DNA of 59,026 nt, the filler included. It is 6 parts of 6 records of this genome, joined end to end, with 100 filler letters (N's around TTAATTAATTAA, not from the genome) between each part and the next. Parts side by side here need not be neighbours in the genome. Positions count along the whole stretch, not along the records: positions 1 to 23,448 come from SRR31156797_5883; 5 more parts are not named here. One strand, written 5' to 3'. Each line of letters opens with the position of its first letter. Position 1 is the stretch's first letter. Below, piece by piece: positions 1-12,508 of this stretch. The notes beneath the pieces were generated by a model. It did not search any database, was not told where the DNA came from, and saw only the letters and a list, made by a program, of their open reading frames with translations. The position numbers were made by a program, and so were the translations under genes.

Positions 1-2901
<2,901 letters not shown>

Positions 2902-4161
2902 TTACTCCGTTGATTTCTGTAAAGGTCTGTTTCTTTTTATTATATGTAAACGCTCGCTGTAGACCGTTTTTTGGGTCGCAAGTGCTATTTCCAATTCCTC
3001 ATTGGTTGGAACGATCAAGATGTCTATGGCGCTTCCTCGGGCATGAATTTTTCGAGTGCCGTTCTCTCTTTTGTCGTTTTTCGTGTTGTCCAGTGAGATT
3101 CCCAGATGATCGAGGCCGTCACAGACCGCTGCTCGTGTATAGGCGTCATTTTCTCCGATTCCAGCGGTGAAGACGATGGCATCAACAGAACCAAGGATGG
3201 CAAGATAGGAGCCGATTGTTTTTTTGACCCGATAGGTGAACATTTCAAATGCGAGTTCTGCATCCGTATTACCAGATTCACGTGCCGTGTGGATGTCACG
3301 CATGTCGCTTTGACCGCAAATGCCGACTAAACCACTTTGAGTGTTAAGCATGGTATTTATTTCATTTACGCCAAGCCCTCTGTTTTTGGCGAGAAAGGCG
3401 TAAATGGCTGGGTCTACATCGCCGCACCTAGTTCCCATCATCAAACCGGCAAGCGGTGTCAGCCCCATGGTTGTATCTACGCATTTACCATTCTTAACCG
3501 CCGCCATGGAGCATCCGTTACCAAGGTGGATCGTAATCAGGCTGGTGTTATCAACGGTTTTGTCGAGGTGGTCAGCTGCCGCTTTGGTGACATATTTATG
3601 TGATGTCCCATGAAATCCGTATCTGCGAACCTTGAGAGACGTGTATAGCTCCATGGGGAGTGGATACATAAACGCTTTGGGAGGCATGGTCTGATGAAAT
3701 TCCGTATCAAACACAGCCACCGCAGGTGTGTCTGGGAATAGTTCCATCGCAGTTTCGATGCCGGTCAGGTGGGCCGGATTGTGTAGTGGTGCCAGCGGAA
3801 CCAAATTTCGAATTGATTTGATAACGTCTTTTGTTATCAACACCGGCTGGGAAAATTCGTCAGCGCCTTGAACAATTCGATGACCCAAGGCGTCAATTTC
3901 ATTGAGTGAATCGATGACGCCCCATTCATTTCCGGTGAGCTTTTTGACCATGATGCGCATGGCTGCTTTGTGGCTGAGGATTGGAATATCTTCAGTGTCC
4001 TTTGCATCAGGCCATTTTTGCGGATTGGAGATTTGGGTTACGGTACCCATTCTTTCGCCGATACGTTCGATGACACCGGTAGCGAGGACACATTCTGTAT
4101 TCATGTCCAGCAGTTGATATTTTAGTGAAGAACTGCCGCAGTTGATGACGAGAATTTTCAT
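2902..4161 (-). CDS. ackA: Acetate kinase
   Basis: MKILVINCGSSSLKYQL, APLHNP, RRYGFHGTSH, HLGNG, FTAGIGEN and PTNEE motifs. Confidence 0.97.
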   Translation of the reverse strand: MKILVINCGSSSLKYQLLDMNTECVLATGVIERIGERMGTVTQISNPQKWPDAKDTEDIPILSHKAAMRIMVKKLTGNEWGVIDSLNEIDALGHRIVQGADEFSQPVLITKDVIKSIRNLVPLAPLHNPAHLTGIETAMELFPDTPAVAVFDTEFHQTMPPKAFMYPLPMELYTSLKVRRYGFHGTSHKYVTKAAADHLDKTVDNTSLITIHLGNGCSMAAVKNGKCVDTTMGLTPLAGLMMGTRCGDVDPAIYAFLAKNRGLGVNEINTMLNTQSGLVGICGQSDMRDIHTARESGNTDAELAFEMFTYRVKKTIGSYLAILGSVDAIVFTAGIGENDAYTRAAVCDGLDHLGISLDNTKNDKRENGTRKIHARGSAIDILIVPTNEELEIALATQKTVYSERLHIIKRNRPLQKSTE

Positions 4162-6282
4162 TTATACATCCCTCTCTGCCTGAGCTTGAATAGCGGTGAT
4201 AGCCACTGTATTTACGATGTCACGGATGTGGCATCCTCGACTCAGGTCATTGACCGGTTTGTTGAGTCCTTGCAGAACAGGACCGATTGCCATGGAATCC
4301 GGGACGGATCGTTGTACGGCTTTGTAAGTGTTGTTGCCTGTATTTAGGTCAGGGAAAATGAAGACTGTTGCTCGCCCTGCAACCTTGCTTTCAGGCATTT
4401 TTGTGCGGGCGACATCCATATCGACTGCGGCATCATATTGAAGGGGGCCCTCAATTGGGAGGTCCAGTCCTCTTTTTGCTGCCAGTTCTCGGGCAATTCG
4501 GGTCGCTTCAATAACTTTTTGAACGTCTTCGCCTGAACCTGATTTCCCGGTGGAGTAAGACAACATGGCAACATAGGGATCAACGCCGAATAGACGAGCT
4601 GTTTCTGCGGAACTTAATGCTATTTCAGCTAATTGTTGCGCATTGGGGTTGGGATTAACCGCGCAGTCACCAAAGACTTGTACTCGGTCTCCTACGCACA
4701 TCAGGAATATGCTTGAAACAATGGAAGCATCCGGTTTGGTTTTGATAAATTCGAAAGCGGGGCGAATGGTTTGGGCAGTGGTGGTCACCGAGCCTGACAC
4801 CATGCCGTCAGCGTCGCCGGCCTTGACCATCATGGTCCCGAAATAGGTGGGATCACTCATGCGGTCTCGAGCATCCTCCATACGGATGCCTTTATGCTTT
4901 CTTATTTTGAAATAACGGTTGGCGTAGTCTTCGAAATAGTCGGATTTGGCAGGATCAATGCATTGGGCACCGTTGAGGTTGACTCCGAGCGTGGAGGCCT
5001 GTTGGCGAATGATGTCCGGGTCTCCGAGTAGGGTAATGTCTACTACATTGCGGCGTTGTAATATCTCTGTTGCTTGAAGAACGCGGTCACTTGTTCCTTC
5101 AGGCAGGACAATGTGTTGGCGGGTTGTCTTCGCCTTTTCGATGAGGTTGTACTCGAACATGAAAGGCGTGACCTTGTGTGATTGGGTCGTGCCCAGTCTT
5201 TTTCGCAATTCTTCGGTGTCAACACATGACTCGAACAGGCCGATTGCGGAGGCAATCTTGGCTGGATGCTCCGGGTCGATGGTGCCATGAAGTCCCTGTA
5301 CTATTTGTGTTGTTTTGTATGTATGGTCTTTGACGCTTAGTATAGGCAGGGGAACACCGGTCCAGCCTTCAATCAATCTGTGGATTGTCTCTGACGGTTG
5401 TAGATCGCCCGTCAGTACAATACCGGCAATATCGCCATAGGATGACGATTGGCGTGAAGTGATGCTCGCAAGGATAATGTCAGACCTATCGCCTGGAGTG
5501 ATGATCAGACTGCCGTTCTCAACATATTTGAGGAAATTGCTGATATGCATGGCCGCAGTGACAAAGTTGTCCACCGGGGTTTCCAACCTGCCGTGTCCGT
5601 AGAGGACTTTAGCGTCGAGCCATTTGATGACATCATGTATAGTGGGATTCCCGAGTCGTTTGTCGTCCGGAATGATATACGCCAGCAAAGGATGTGTGGC
5701 ATGCGTTTTGGAGGTGATTTCATCAAGGATGCTCTTGGGAATATCAGGGTCAGCACGGTTGATGACAAGTCCCAAGACTTCCAATCCTTTGGCTTCAAAA
5801 TTCTCAATAGTCCGTTGGGCCGCGCCGGTAATTTCTTGTGCTGTGGTGTTTAATCCATTGACAACCAGTAGAACCGGGCAACCGAGGTTGGACACGATTG
5901 ATCCGTTGACCTCGTATTCAAAAGTTTCATTGCCTCCGATGTAATCAGTGCCTTCACACAAAACAAAGTCATACTCTTTTTCCAATTCCTTGAATTTGTT
6001 CAGCGTATTTTCCAATAATAGAGAGCGTTGACCTTCATTAAGCAGACGACGGGCTTCACTTAGCGTGTAGGCGTAAGTTTGATCATATTCCATATCCAGT
6101 TTGAAGTGTCTGAGAATCAGATCAATGTCGTGGTCCCGGCCATCTTTGACAGGGTCGTTGATAATGGGGCGGAATATGGCCACGCGTTGCACATTGGCAC
6201 GTAGTAGTTGCATTATGCCGAGAAGAATGGCGGATTTTCCGCTTCGTGCTTCGGTTGCTGCAATATAGAGACTCTTTGACAT
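4162..6282 (-). CDS. pta: Phosphate acetyltransferase, long form with BioD-like and DRTGG domains
   Basis: N-terminal P-loop-like SGKS, TPGDRSD (DRTGG domain), C-terminal FPDLNTGNNTYKAVQR and PVNDLSRGC. Confidence 0.96.
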   Translation of the reverse strand: MSKSLYIAATEARSGKSAILLGIMQLLRANVQRVAIFRPIINDPVKDGRDHDIDLILRHFKLDMEYDQTYAYTLSEARRLLNEGQRSLLLENTLNKFKELEKEYDFVLCEGTDYIGGNETFEYEVNGSIVSNLGCPVLLVVNGLNTTAQEITGAAQRTIENFEAKGLEVLGLVINRADPDIPKSILDEITSKTHATHPLLAYIIPDDKRLGNPTIHDVIKWLDAKVLYGHGRLETPVDNFVTAAMHISNFLKYVENGSLIITPGDRSDIILASITSRQSSSYGDIAGIVLTGDLQPSETIHRLIEGWTGVPLPILSVKDHTYKTTQIVQGLHGTIDPEHPAKIASAIGLFESCVDTEELRKRLGTTQSHKVTPFMFEYNLIEKAKTTRQHIVLPEGTSDRVLQATEILQRRNVVDITLLGDPDIIRQQASTLGVNLNGAQCIDPAKSDYFEDYANRYFKIRKHKGIRMEDARDRMSDPTYFGTMMVKAGDADGMVSGSVTTTAQTIRPAFEFIKTKPDASIVSSIFLMCVGDRVQVFGDCAVNPNPNAQQLAEIALSSAETARLFGVDPYVAMLSYSTGKSGSGEDVQKVIEATRIARELAAKRGLDLPIEGPLQYDAAVDMDVARTKMPESKVAGRATVFIFPDLNTGNNTYKAVQRSVPDSMAIGPVLQGLNKPVNDLSRGCHIRDIVNTVAITAIQAQAERDV

Positions 6283-6313
6283 AACTTTTCTCCATGAAAG
6301 GCCGGGTGGGAGG

Positions 6314-6348
6314 AGGAGGGTGTCTGCGTTTATGCAGACACCCTTCCT
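6314..6348. terminator. GC-rich intergenic stem-loop between the rnfB fusion and pta (weak terminator or mRNA stabiliser)
   Basis: AGGAGGGTGTCTGC-gtttat-GCAGACACCCTTCCT inverted repeat, with no U-tail on the minus strand. Confidence 0.45.
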
Positions 6349-6418
6349 GAATCATGCACCGAGTAGGTCTTGGGGTGATAGGGTGTCATGATGTCCTCCA
6401 GAGCCAGGGTATGGTGTT

Positions 6419-8527
6419 CTACCTTTTGAATGCGTCGCCATTGAGGGATCGATCATCAAAGGTATTGTCTTTGTCGTAGCAAATCAGTCCGCACTGCAGG
6501 CATCGGTTGGATTCGGCAAGAGCCTCTTCCTGACTGAGTGCCCCTTCAACTTCATTGAATGAGCAGTTCCGGTCATCGCCATGGCAGAGATGCGGCATTA
6601 TGGCCCGATTTTGGCGTTCAACTTGGTCGATTTCTTTGAATAAGGTGTACGGAATCATTTCAGTCTGCGTGGTTTCCGGTATGGGGATGTCGCCTTGTTG
6701 CATGAAGTAATGCATGGAGCGGGCAGCCTTTCTCCCATCACCAATGGCCGAGATGACAAGATCTGGGCCGGTATAGACATCGCCAGCGGTGAAAACTCCC
6801 GGAATGATAGTTTCAAAGGTTTTTTCATCAGCCACGATGGTCTGCCAACGGGTGGTTTCGAATTGACAGTTTTTTTCATCACCATCTTCATAGAGACAGC
6901 TGAGGTCAGGTTTTTGTCCGATGGCAGGAATGATCAGGTCTGCGGACATAAGTGCTTCCGAACCTTCTTTTTTGATTGGACGACGTCTGCCTGAGTCATC
7001 AGGTTCGCCCAGTTCCATTTCGTAGTATTCAAGGTGTGTTGCCCTGTCGTTTTCGTCGCCGACGACACGGGCTGGAGCGGCCAGAAATTTGAAATCAACG
7101 CCTTCTTCTTCGGCGCCAATGATTTCTTCCATGTTGGCGGGCATTTCCGCTCTGGTGCGTCGATACATGAGTGTAACTTTCGCTCCCAGGCGGATACAGG
7201 TTCTGGCTGCGTCAATGGCGGTGTTTCCACCGCCGACAACGATGACGTGTTTGCCGACTTCCGGTTTTTGGCCCAAAGCATGAGCTGTGAGGAATTCGAT
7301 ACCGCCCATGACACCGTCAAGGTCTTCTCCTTCGGCGTACATGCCGCTGGCCTGCCATGCGCCGATACCAAGGAAGAATGTTTCGTATCCTTCTCCCTTG
7401 AGGGATTCGATGGTAAAATCCACTCCAAACTTGGTGTTGACCTTGGCTGTGACACCGAGATCCAAAATTCCCTGTATTTCCCAATCCAGATCAGCCTTGG
7501 GCAACCGGTATTCCGGGATACCGTATCTGATCTGTCCACCGAGTTTCGGCATGGCTTCAAATATAGTTGGGCTGTGTCCCAGTCTGCGGAGGAAGTAGGC
7601 ACAGGACAAACCGGCAGGTCCGCCACCGATGATAGCGACTTTTTTACCGGTGTCCTGGGCACATGGTATGGTCAGGTGTTTGCCGGAACGGAGTTCCCGA
7701 TCAGCAACAAATCGTTTGAGCATGTTGATGCCGACTGGATCGTCTACAAACTGTCTGCGACATTCGGTTTCACAGGGACGAGGACATACACGACCACAAG
7801 TGACAAGAAGAGGATTTCTTTCCTTGATGGTCATGACGGCGCCATCGAAGTCGCCTTCTTTTATTTGCTGAATATATTTGGGGATATTAATTTGTCCGGG
7901 ACATTTTTGTCGACACGGGGCCAGACAATCCGTTGTCTGGTTCAGGTGTAACAGGCGGGCTGACATACCGGAAACCGTGATGACGCCGCGCGGACAGGCA
8001 TCAACACAATTGCCACAGGCCTTACATTCTTCCGGGTCAATGACAGGGAGTCCGTCAGGGCTCATATGAATGGCATTAAAGGGACAAGCACGAACACAGG
8101 ACCCGAGGCCAAGACAGCCTTCGGGGCATGTTTTTGACCCGCCGTAAAGTTGGTGGGCGGCCCGGCAATCAAGAGCGCCTTCATAGTGAAAGCTGTTTTC
8201 TGCGCGAATGCCACCTGTGCAGTCCCGGATAGCGAGTTCTGGTTCACGTTCGATGACTTCCTGTCCCATGATACCTGCGACGACTTTGCTTGTATCAGCA
8301 TCGGCTACGATACAAACGGACGCCGGAGCTTTGCCTGCAACGATGGCCGCTGCTGCGCCTGAGCATCCCGGGAATCCGCAACCGCCACAATTGGCGCCGG
8401 GCAGATTATCTTCAATGAGGCTTATACGTGGGTCTTCTTTGACATAGAGCAGCTTTGAGGCAATACCCAGAATACCTGCCGCCCCAAGTCCGATGCCGAA
8501 AAGAGTCAATCCTGATGTCACTATCAT
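6419..8527 (-). CDS. rnfB: RnfB fused to a GltD/NfnB(SudA)-like FAD/NAD(P)H oxidoreductase domain (702 aa)
   Basis: N-terminal TM anchor, [14 protein letters not shown] and ferredoxin motifs, then APCRQKCP..CGRVCPRPCE..C, GGGPAG (FAD), GGGNTAID..YRR (NADP-type), TAGD; last gene of the rnf cluster. Confidence 0.9.
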   Translation of the reverse strand: MIVTSGLTLFGIGLGAAGILGIASKLLYVKEDPRISLIEDNLPGANCGGCGFPGCSGAAAAIVAGKAPASVCIVADADTSKVVAGIMGQEVIEREPELAIRDCTGGIRAENSFHYEGALDCRAAHQLYGGSKTCPEGCLGLGSCVRACPFNAIHMSPDGLPVIDPEECKACGNCVDACPRGVITVSGMSARLLHLNQTTDCLAPCRQKCPGQINIPKYIQQIKEGDFDGAVMTIKERNPLLVTCGRVCPRPCETECRRQFVDDPVGINMLKRFVADRELRSGKHLTIPCAQDTGKKVAIIGGGPAGLSCAYFLRRLGHSPTIFEAMPKLGGQIRYGIPEYRLPKADLDWEIQGILDLGVTAKVNTKFGVDFTIESLKGEGYETFFLGIGAWQASGMYAEGEDLDGVMGGIEFLTAHALGQKPEVGKHVIVVGGGNTAIDAARTCIRLGAKVTLMYRRTRAEMPANMEEIIGAEEEGVDFKFLAAPARVVGDENDRATHLEYYEMELGEPDDSGRRRPIKKEGSEALMSADLIIPAIGQKPDLSCLYEDGDEKNCQFETTRWQTIVADEKTFETIIPGVFTAGDVYTGPDLVISAIGDGRKAARSMHYFMQQGDIPIPETTQTEMIPYTLFKEIDQVERQNRAIMPHLCHGDDRNCSFNEVEGALSQEEALAESNRCLQCGLICYDKDNTFDDRSLNGDAFKR

Positions 8528-8562
8528 GTCAGTATTTCCTGTCTTTATTATTTGCGGCTTTT

Positions 8563-9138
8563 TTAGATCATGCCTTTGAATGCGAAGAATGCGAGCGACA
8601 TCAGACCGGCCATCACCAGTCCGATAGGTGTGCCGCGCATGGCGATTGGGAGCCTGCGTACTGCCAGTCGTTCACGAATTCCGGCCAGAAGAACAAGTGC
8701 GACCAGAAAACCCATGCCTGAAGCAAAAGCGAACATGACAGACTTTATCAGGCCGAATTCCTCGCGTTGACATATGAGGGCAATACCCATGACTGCACAG
8801 TTGGTCGTGATGAGGGGAAGAAAAATTCCCAGAGATTTATACAGTGGCGGGACCATTTTCTTGAGGAACATCTCAACAAACTGAACAAGTGATGCAATGA
8901 CCAAAATAAAGGCTAATGTTTGAAGGTAGCCCAGTCCGAAGGGGATGAGAACGTGCCGTTGTACCAGCCATGTAATGGCTGTCGCCATGACAGCGACGAA
9001 GACCACAGCTCCACCCATACCTATGGCAACACCGGATTCTTTGGAAGTTCCAATGAAAGGGCAGTTACCGAGATATTGTGCCAGTACGATGTTGTTGACG
9101 AACATCGCTCCTATGAAAAGAAGGAAGAATTCCTGCAT
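8563..9138 (-). CDS. rnfA: Rnf complex subunit A
   Basis: NNIVLAQYLGNCPFIG, VQFVEM and [12 protein letters not shown]; polytopic membrane protein. Confidence 0.95.
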   Translation of the reverse strand: MQEFFLLFIGAMFVNNIVLAQYLGNCPFIGTSKESGVAIGMGGAVVFVAVMATAITWLVQRHVLIPFGLGYLQTLAFILVIASLVQFVEMFLKKMVPPLYKSLGIFLPLITTNCAVMGIALICQREEFGLIKSVMFAFASGMGFLVALVLLAGIRERLAVRRLPIAMRGTPIGLVMAGLMSLAFFAFKGMI

Positions 9139-9152
9139 GATAGTATCCCTCG

Positions 9153-9845
9153 TTATGAACAGTTAGAAGCGCTGCCGCATCCGCCGCAGGAACCACAGTC
9201 GTGAGTGGGGGCTTCGACCGCTTTCAAGCCTTTGCGCCGCCGTTGAACATTTTCCACAAAGGTCATCAGGGCGAGCAGAACGCCAAGGCTGACAAAAGCT
9301 CCTGGTGCTTCGACCATGAAGCCAAAAGGTTCAAAACCTTGCCATGTGACATCCGTTCCGAAGAGTTGCCCCTTGCCGAGGACTTCACGCAATGCGCCGA
9401 GAAATGTCAGGGATATGCCGAAACCCATTCCCATGCCGAGTCCGTCAGCCGCAGACAGTAGGGGTGGGTTCTTGGAGGCAAAAGCTTCAGCTCGGCCAAG
9501 GATGATACAGTTGACCACGATGAGTGGGACAAAGATGCCAAGCTGTTGATAGAGCGGGTATGCAAAGGCCTGCATGAGCAGTTCAACGGCAACGACCAGT
9601 GAAGCCGAGATAGCGATAAAACAGGCAATTCTGACTTTGGCTGGAATGAGTTTTCTGACCAGTGAGACCAGAAGGTTGGAAAGGGTGAGGACAAAGACTA
9701 CAGCCATGCCCATACCCAGCCCATTATCTGCTGTGTTCGTGACTGCCAGCACTGGACAGAGCCCCAGTACCAGTTTGAACGGGGGGAGGTCCTTCCAGAG
9801 ACCCTTGGAGAATTCTTTCCATAACTTCTTCATTATATGCTCCAT
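9153..9845 (-). CDS. rnfE: Rnf complex subunit E (start may be the ATG at 9833)
   Basis: LGLCPVLAVT, PLIVVNCIILGRAEAFA and PGAF; Cys-rich C-terminal tail CGSCGGCG. Confidence 0.95.
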   Translation of the reverse strand: MEHIMKKLWKEFSKGLWKDLPPFKLVLGLCPVLAVTNTADNGLGMGMAVVFVLTLSNLLVSLVRKLIPAKVRIACFIAISASLVVAVELLMQAFAYPLYQQLGIFVPLIVVNCIILGRAEAFASKNPPLLSAADGLGMGMGFGISLTFLGALREVLGKGQLFGTDVTWQGFEPFGFMVEAPGAFVSLGVLLALMTFVENVQRRRKGLKAVEAPTHDCGSCGGCGSASNCS

Positions 9846-9869
9846 TTAGTGGCGTCTTCACACTGTGTG

Positions 9870-10445
9870 CTAGGACCAATCCTTGGCGAATTCGGATTTC
9901 AGTGAATTGAATATGACAATGGCATTTTGAACAGCGGAAACAGTTCCGGTGGAGGATATGGTTGCTCCGGCAACGGCATCAATGCTGCCGCCATTCTTTT
10001 TGAGGTTCATTGAATCAAGCGGATGCTCCTTGAATTGGGTGGTAAACCCATGAGAAGCGACGCGAGAACCCAACCCCGGTGTTTCTTTCATAGTTGTGAT
10101 GCCAATGCCGGACAACGTGTCGGATTTGATGTCAAATCCAACCATAACGCCGATATTACCGCCGTAACCTCTACCGGATGTCTCGAAGGCGACTGCGGTT
10201 AGTTCTCCGTTGTGGATCGCTGGAAAGACCGTTATTGTTTTACCGTCCACTTCGAATCTTTTTCGGTCCTTGATGGGGTTATTGTCATACTTGTGAAGGA
10301 CCGATTCGATGGCGGGAGCCTGAACAAAGGTCAGCACCTGTTCTTCAATAATAGGGGCGGTGGCTTGTTTAAGCGCTGCCAGTGTCACTCCCGATAATCC
10401 ACAGATCAGCGAGAGTACGATCATCATTTTGAGCATTTCTTTCAT
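9870..10445 (-). CDS. rnfG: Rnf complex subunit G
   Basis: N-terminal TM helix, GYGG, ETPGLG, flavinylation-like motif DAVAGATISS. Confidence 0.93.
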   Translation of the reverse strand: MKEMLKMMIVLSLICGLSGVTLAALKQATAPIIEEQVLTFVQAPAIESVLHKYDNNPIKDRKRFEVDGKTITVFPAIHNGELTAVAFETSGRGYGGNIGVMVGFDIKSDTLSGIGITTMKETPGLGSRVASHGFTTQFKEHPLDSMNLKKNGGSIDAVAGATISSTGTVSAVQNAIVIFNSLKSEFAKDWS

Positions 10446-10448
10446 GGG

Positions 10449-11399
10449 TTACCTCTTTCCGAAAGGTCTGGGGCGAATACGTTCCAAGACCGGCGTGAGC
10501 AGGTTGGCAAGCAGGATGGCAAAAGGCACTCCGTCAGGATAGATGCCATAGACTCGGATGATGACAATTATGACCCCGGTAATTATTCCGAAGAGAAGCA
10601 TGGGGATTTGTCTGTTAGGTGATGACGGGCCGTCGGTCGCCAGGAAAAAGGCGCCGAATAGCGTGGAACCAGTCAACAGATGGAGAGTTGGCGTGGCATA
10701 AATTGTGGGGTCAGCCATGTTGAAGAGACCCGCAGTAATAAGAACTCCTCCGATGACGCCGACCGGAATGATGGTGGATATATGTTTGCGAATGACGAGG
10801 AACAACGCGCCGACTACAACACCGGCGATTTGGGTTGCTCCTAGTCCACCGAGTTGTTTTCCGAGGAATAACGCACGGGAGTCCGTAATCATGACGGCAT
10901 CAAGACCGAAGTTTTTGAGTTGGGCCAAGGGGTACGTAAGATCGACATTGAGCATGGTTGCATCGATGTCCATGAATCCGGGCCAGGATATCCGACACAC
11001 GGCCCACCCTATGAGCGGTGCACAGAATGGACTGCCGCCGAGTCCGCCAAACATCATTTTACCCAGTATAATGGATGCGGCACTTCCTATGGCAACAAGC
11101 CACCAAGGGGCCGATGCCGGTAAAAGAAATGCGAAGCAAAGTCCGACGGTGAAAGCGTGGAAATCGCGCACTTGGGGTTTTTGATCCATGAACATGGCGC
11201 ACACAGCTTCTGTGAGGATAGCTGTTGCCACAGAAAGCGCCATGACGCGGAAAGCGGCCATGCCGTATGAAGTCATGGCCATAGCAGCCGCTGGTGTCAT
11301 AGCCAGAAGAATATTAACCATTCTTCCTTGAACAGTGATGCCACGATGTCGATGGGGTGGGACCGAGACGGTCAATGCAAATGGATTGAGTTGTTTCAC
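10449..11399 (-). CDS. rnfD: Rnf complex subunit D (GTG start)
   Basis: VPPH, GKMMFGGLG, GAFFLATD..SSP and IRVYGIYPDGVPFAILLAN motifs. Confidence 0.9.
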   Translation of the reverse strand: MKQLNPFALTVSVPPHRHRGITVQGRMVNILLAMTPAAAMAMTSYGMAAFRVMALSVATAILTEAVCAMFMDQKPQVRDFHAFTVGLCFAFLLPASAPWWLVAIGSAASIILGKMMFGGLGGSPFCAPLIGWAVCRISWPGFMDIDATMLNVDLTYPLAQLKNFGLDAVMITDSRALFLGKQLGGLGATQIAGVVVGALFLVIRKHISTIIPVGVIGGVLITAGLFNMADPTIYATPTLHLLTGSTLFGAFFLATDGPSSPNRQIPMLLFGIITGVIIVIIRVYGIYPDGVPFAILLANLLTPVLERIRPRPFGKR

Positions 11400-11401
11400 G
11401 G

Positions 11402-12502
11402 TTATTTCTCCTCTCCAGCCACATTTTTGGCTCGTTCAAGTTCGTTTTTTGCGAGCCGGATATACTGAAGCATGGGGCGTTGTGCGATACAGAAGAAGCC
11501 GCACAATCCACATTCAAAGCAGGCATCCACAGATTCATCGGCTGCTTTGTCGTACATGCCGAATTCCGCGTAGCTGGTGATCATGGCTGGATCGAGTCTG
11601 GCTGGGCAGTGACGAATGCATTCACCGCAACCAACACAAGGGGAATCCTGTGCAACCGGTGTGGGATTTTTGACTAAAGTGATGGCGGTGGTGTCGCGAG
11701 CCACCCCCTGCATGGGGCTGGCAGCGGCTGACCCGCGAAGAACACCACCGAGTACTATACGGTCTCTATCTTCGATGTTGTTGTCATTCTTGTTGATGAT
11801 TTCACCGACAGGTGTGCCAAGGAAAAAGATTTGGTTTTTTTTATCCACCGTGACCATGGTTTCCATGACAGGCAGGCCCGTTTCCATGATTCTTCCGATG
11901 TGAAAGACTGTTTCGAGCCCCACTACGAGCGTGTTGTCCGGGTTTTCCTTGCCGGTGACGGTCAAAGCAACCATGGGGTCCAATCCGGCAGGGTACTGTT
12001 CTGAGATTTCAGTGTATCGTGTGCCGTCCAGCAGGTTCGATCCATTGATCGCGGCTAAATAGGTGGCAGGAGGTGCATATATGGAAAGAAGAGCCTGTAT
12101 GCCCCGTTCAAGAGTTGTCTTGGCTGTAGACAGAAGTGTTGAGCGAGCAGAGAGGCCTTGTTCTTCATCTACACCATTTATGATTAATGTCTGAATACCC
12201 GAAGCTGTTTTGATGTCAGCCCCAAGCTCAATGAGTATTTTCAGAAGCTCTTGTCCTGCAATACCACTGAGCGAAGTGGGTTCGACTGTTTCGTCGCCTT
12301 TAGCTGTTATGCGAATTCGGTAAGGATCGACATGATCGATGGTTCCAGCTATCGGAGCGTGGATATCTCCAAGGCCAGAAACCGAGGTCGTGGCAATTCG
12401 TTCACCGCGTTTGACAATCTGACCACACGTAACGAGGGGACAGTGCCTTTTAAGCGTTGTTTCAGCCTGCGAAATGGCTGGAGGTGTATCGTGCTTATTC
12501 AT
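11402..12502 (-). CDS. rnfC: RnfC-like subunit, short (366 aa), with degenerate FMN/NADH-binding motifs
   Basis: RnfC N-terminal barrel (V.GQ.V.RGE.IA..IHAP.AGTI), two C-terminal [4Fe-4S] motifs CVGCGECIRHCP and CFECGLCGFFC, and its position in the operon. Confidence 0.8.
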   Translation of the reverse strand: MNKHDTPPAISQAETTLKRHCPLVTCGQIVKRGERIATTSVSGLGDIHAPIAGTIDHVDPYRIRITAKGDETVEPTSLSGIAGQELLKILIELGADIKTASGIQTLIINGVDEEQGLSARSTLLSTAKTTLERGIQALLSIYAPPATYLAAINGSNLLDGTRYTEISEQYPAGLDPMVALTVTGKENPDNTLVVGLETVFHIGRIMETGLPVMETMVTVDKKNQIFFLGTPVGEIINKNDNNIEDRDRIVLGGVLRGSAAASPMQGVARDTTAITLVKNPTPVAQDSPCVGCGECIRHCPARLDPAMITSYAEFGMYDKAADESVDACFECGLCGFFCIAQRPMLQYIRLAKNELERAKNVAGEEK

Positions 12503-12508
12503 GTTCGC

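Noticed and set aside
2902-2970. Roughly 20-aa basic C-terminal extension on AckA reaching the por RBS
   Set aside because: Most simply a lost stop codon running through a short intergenic region, with no motif to suggest function.
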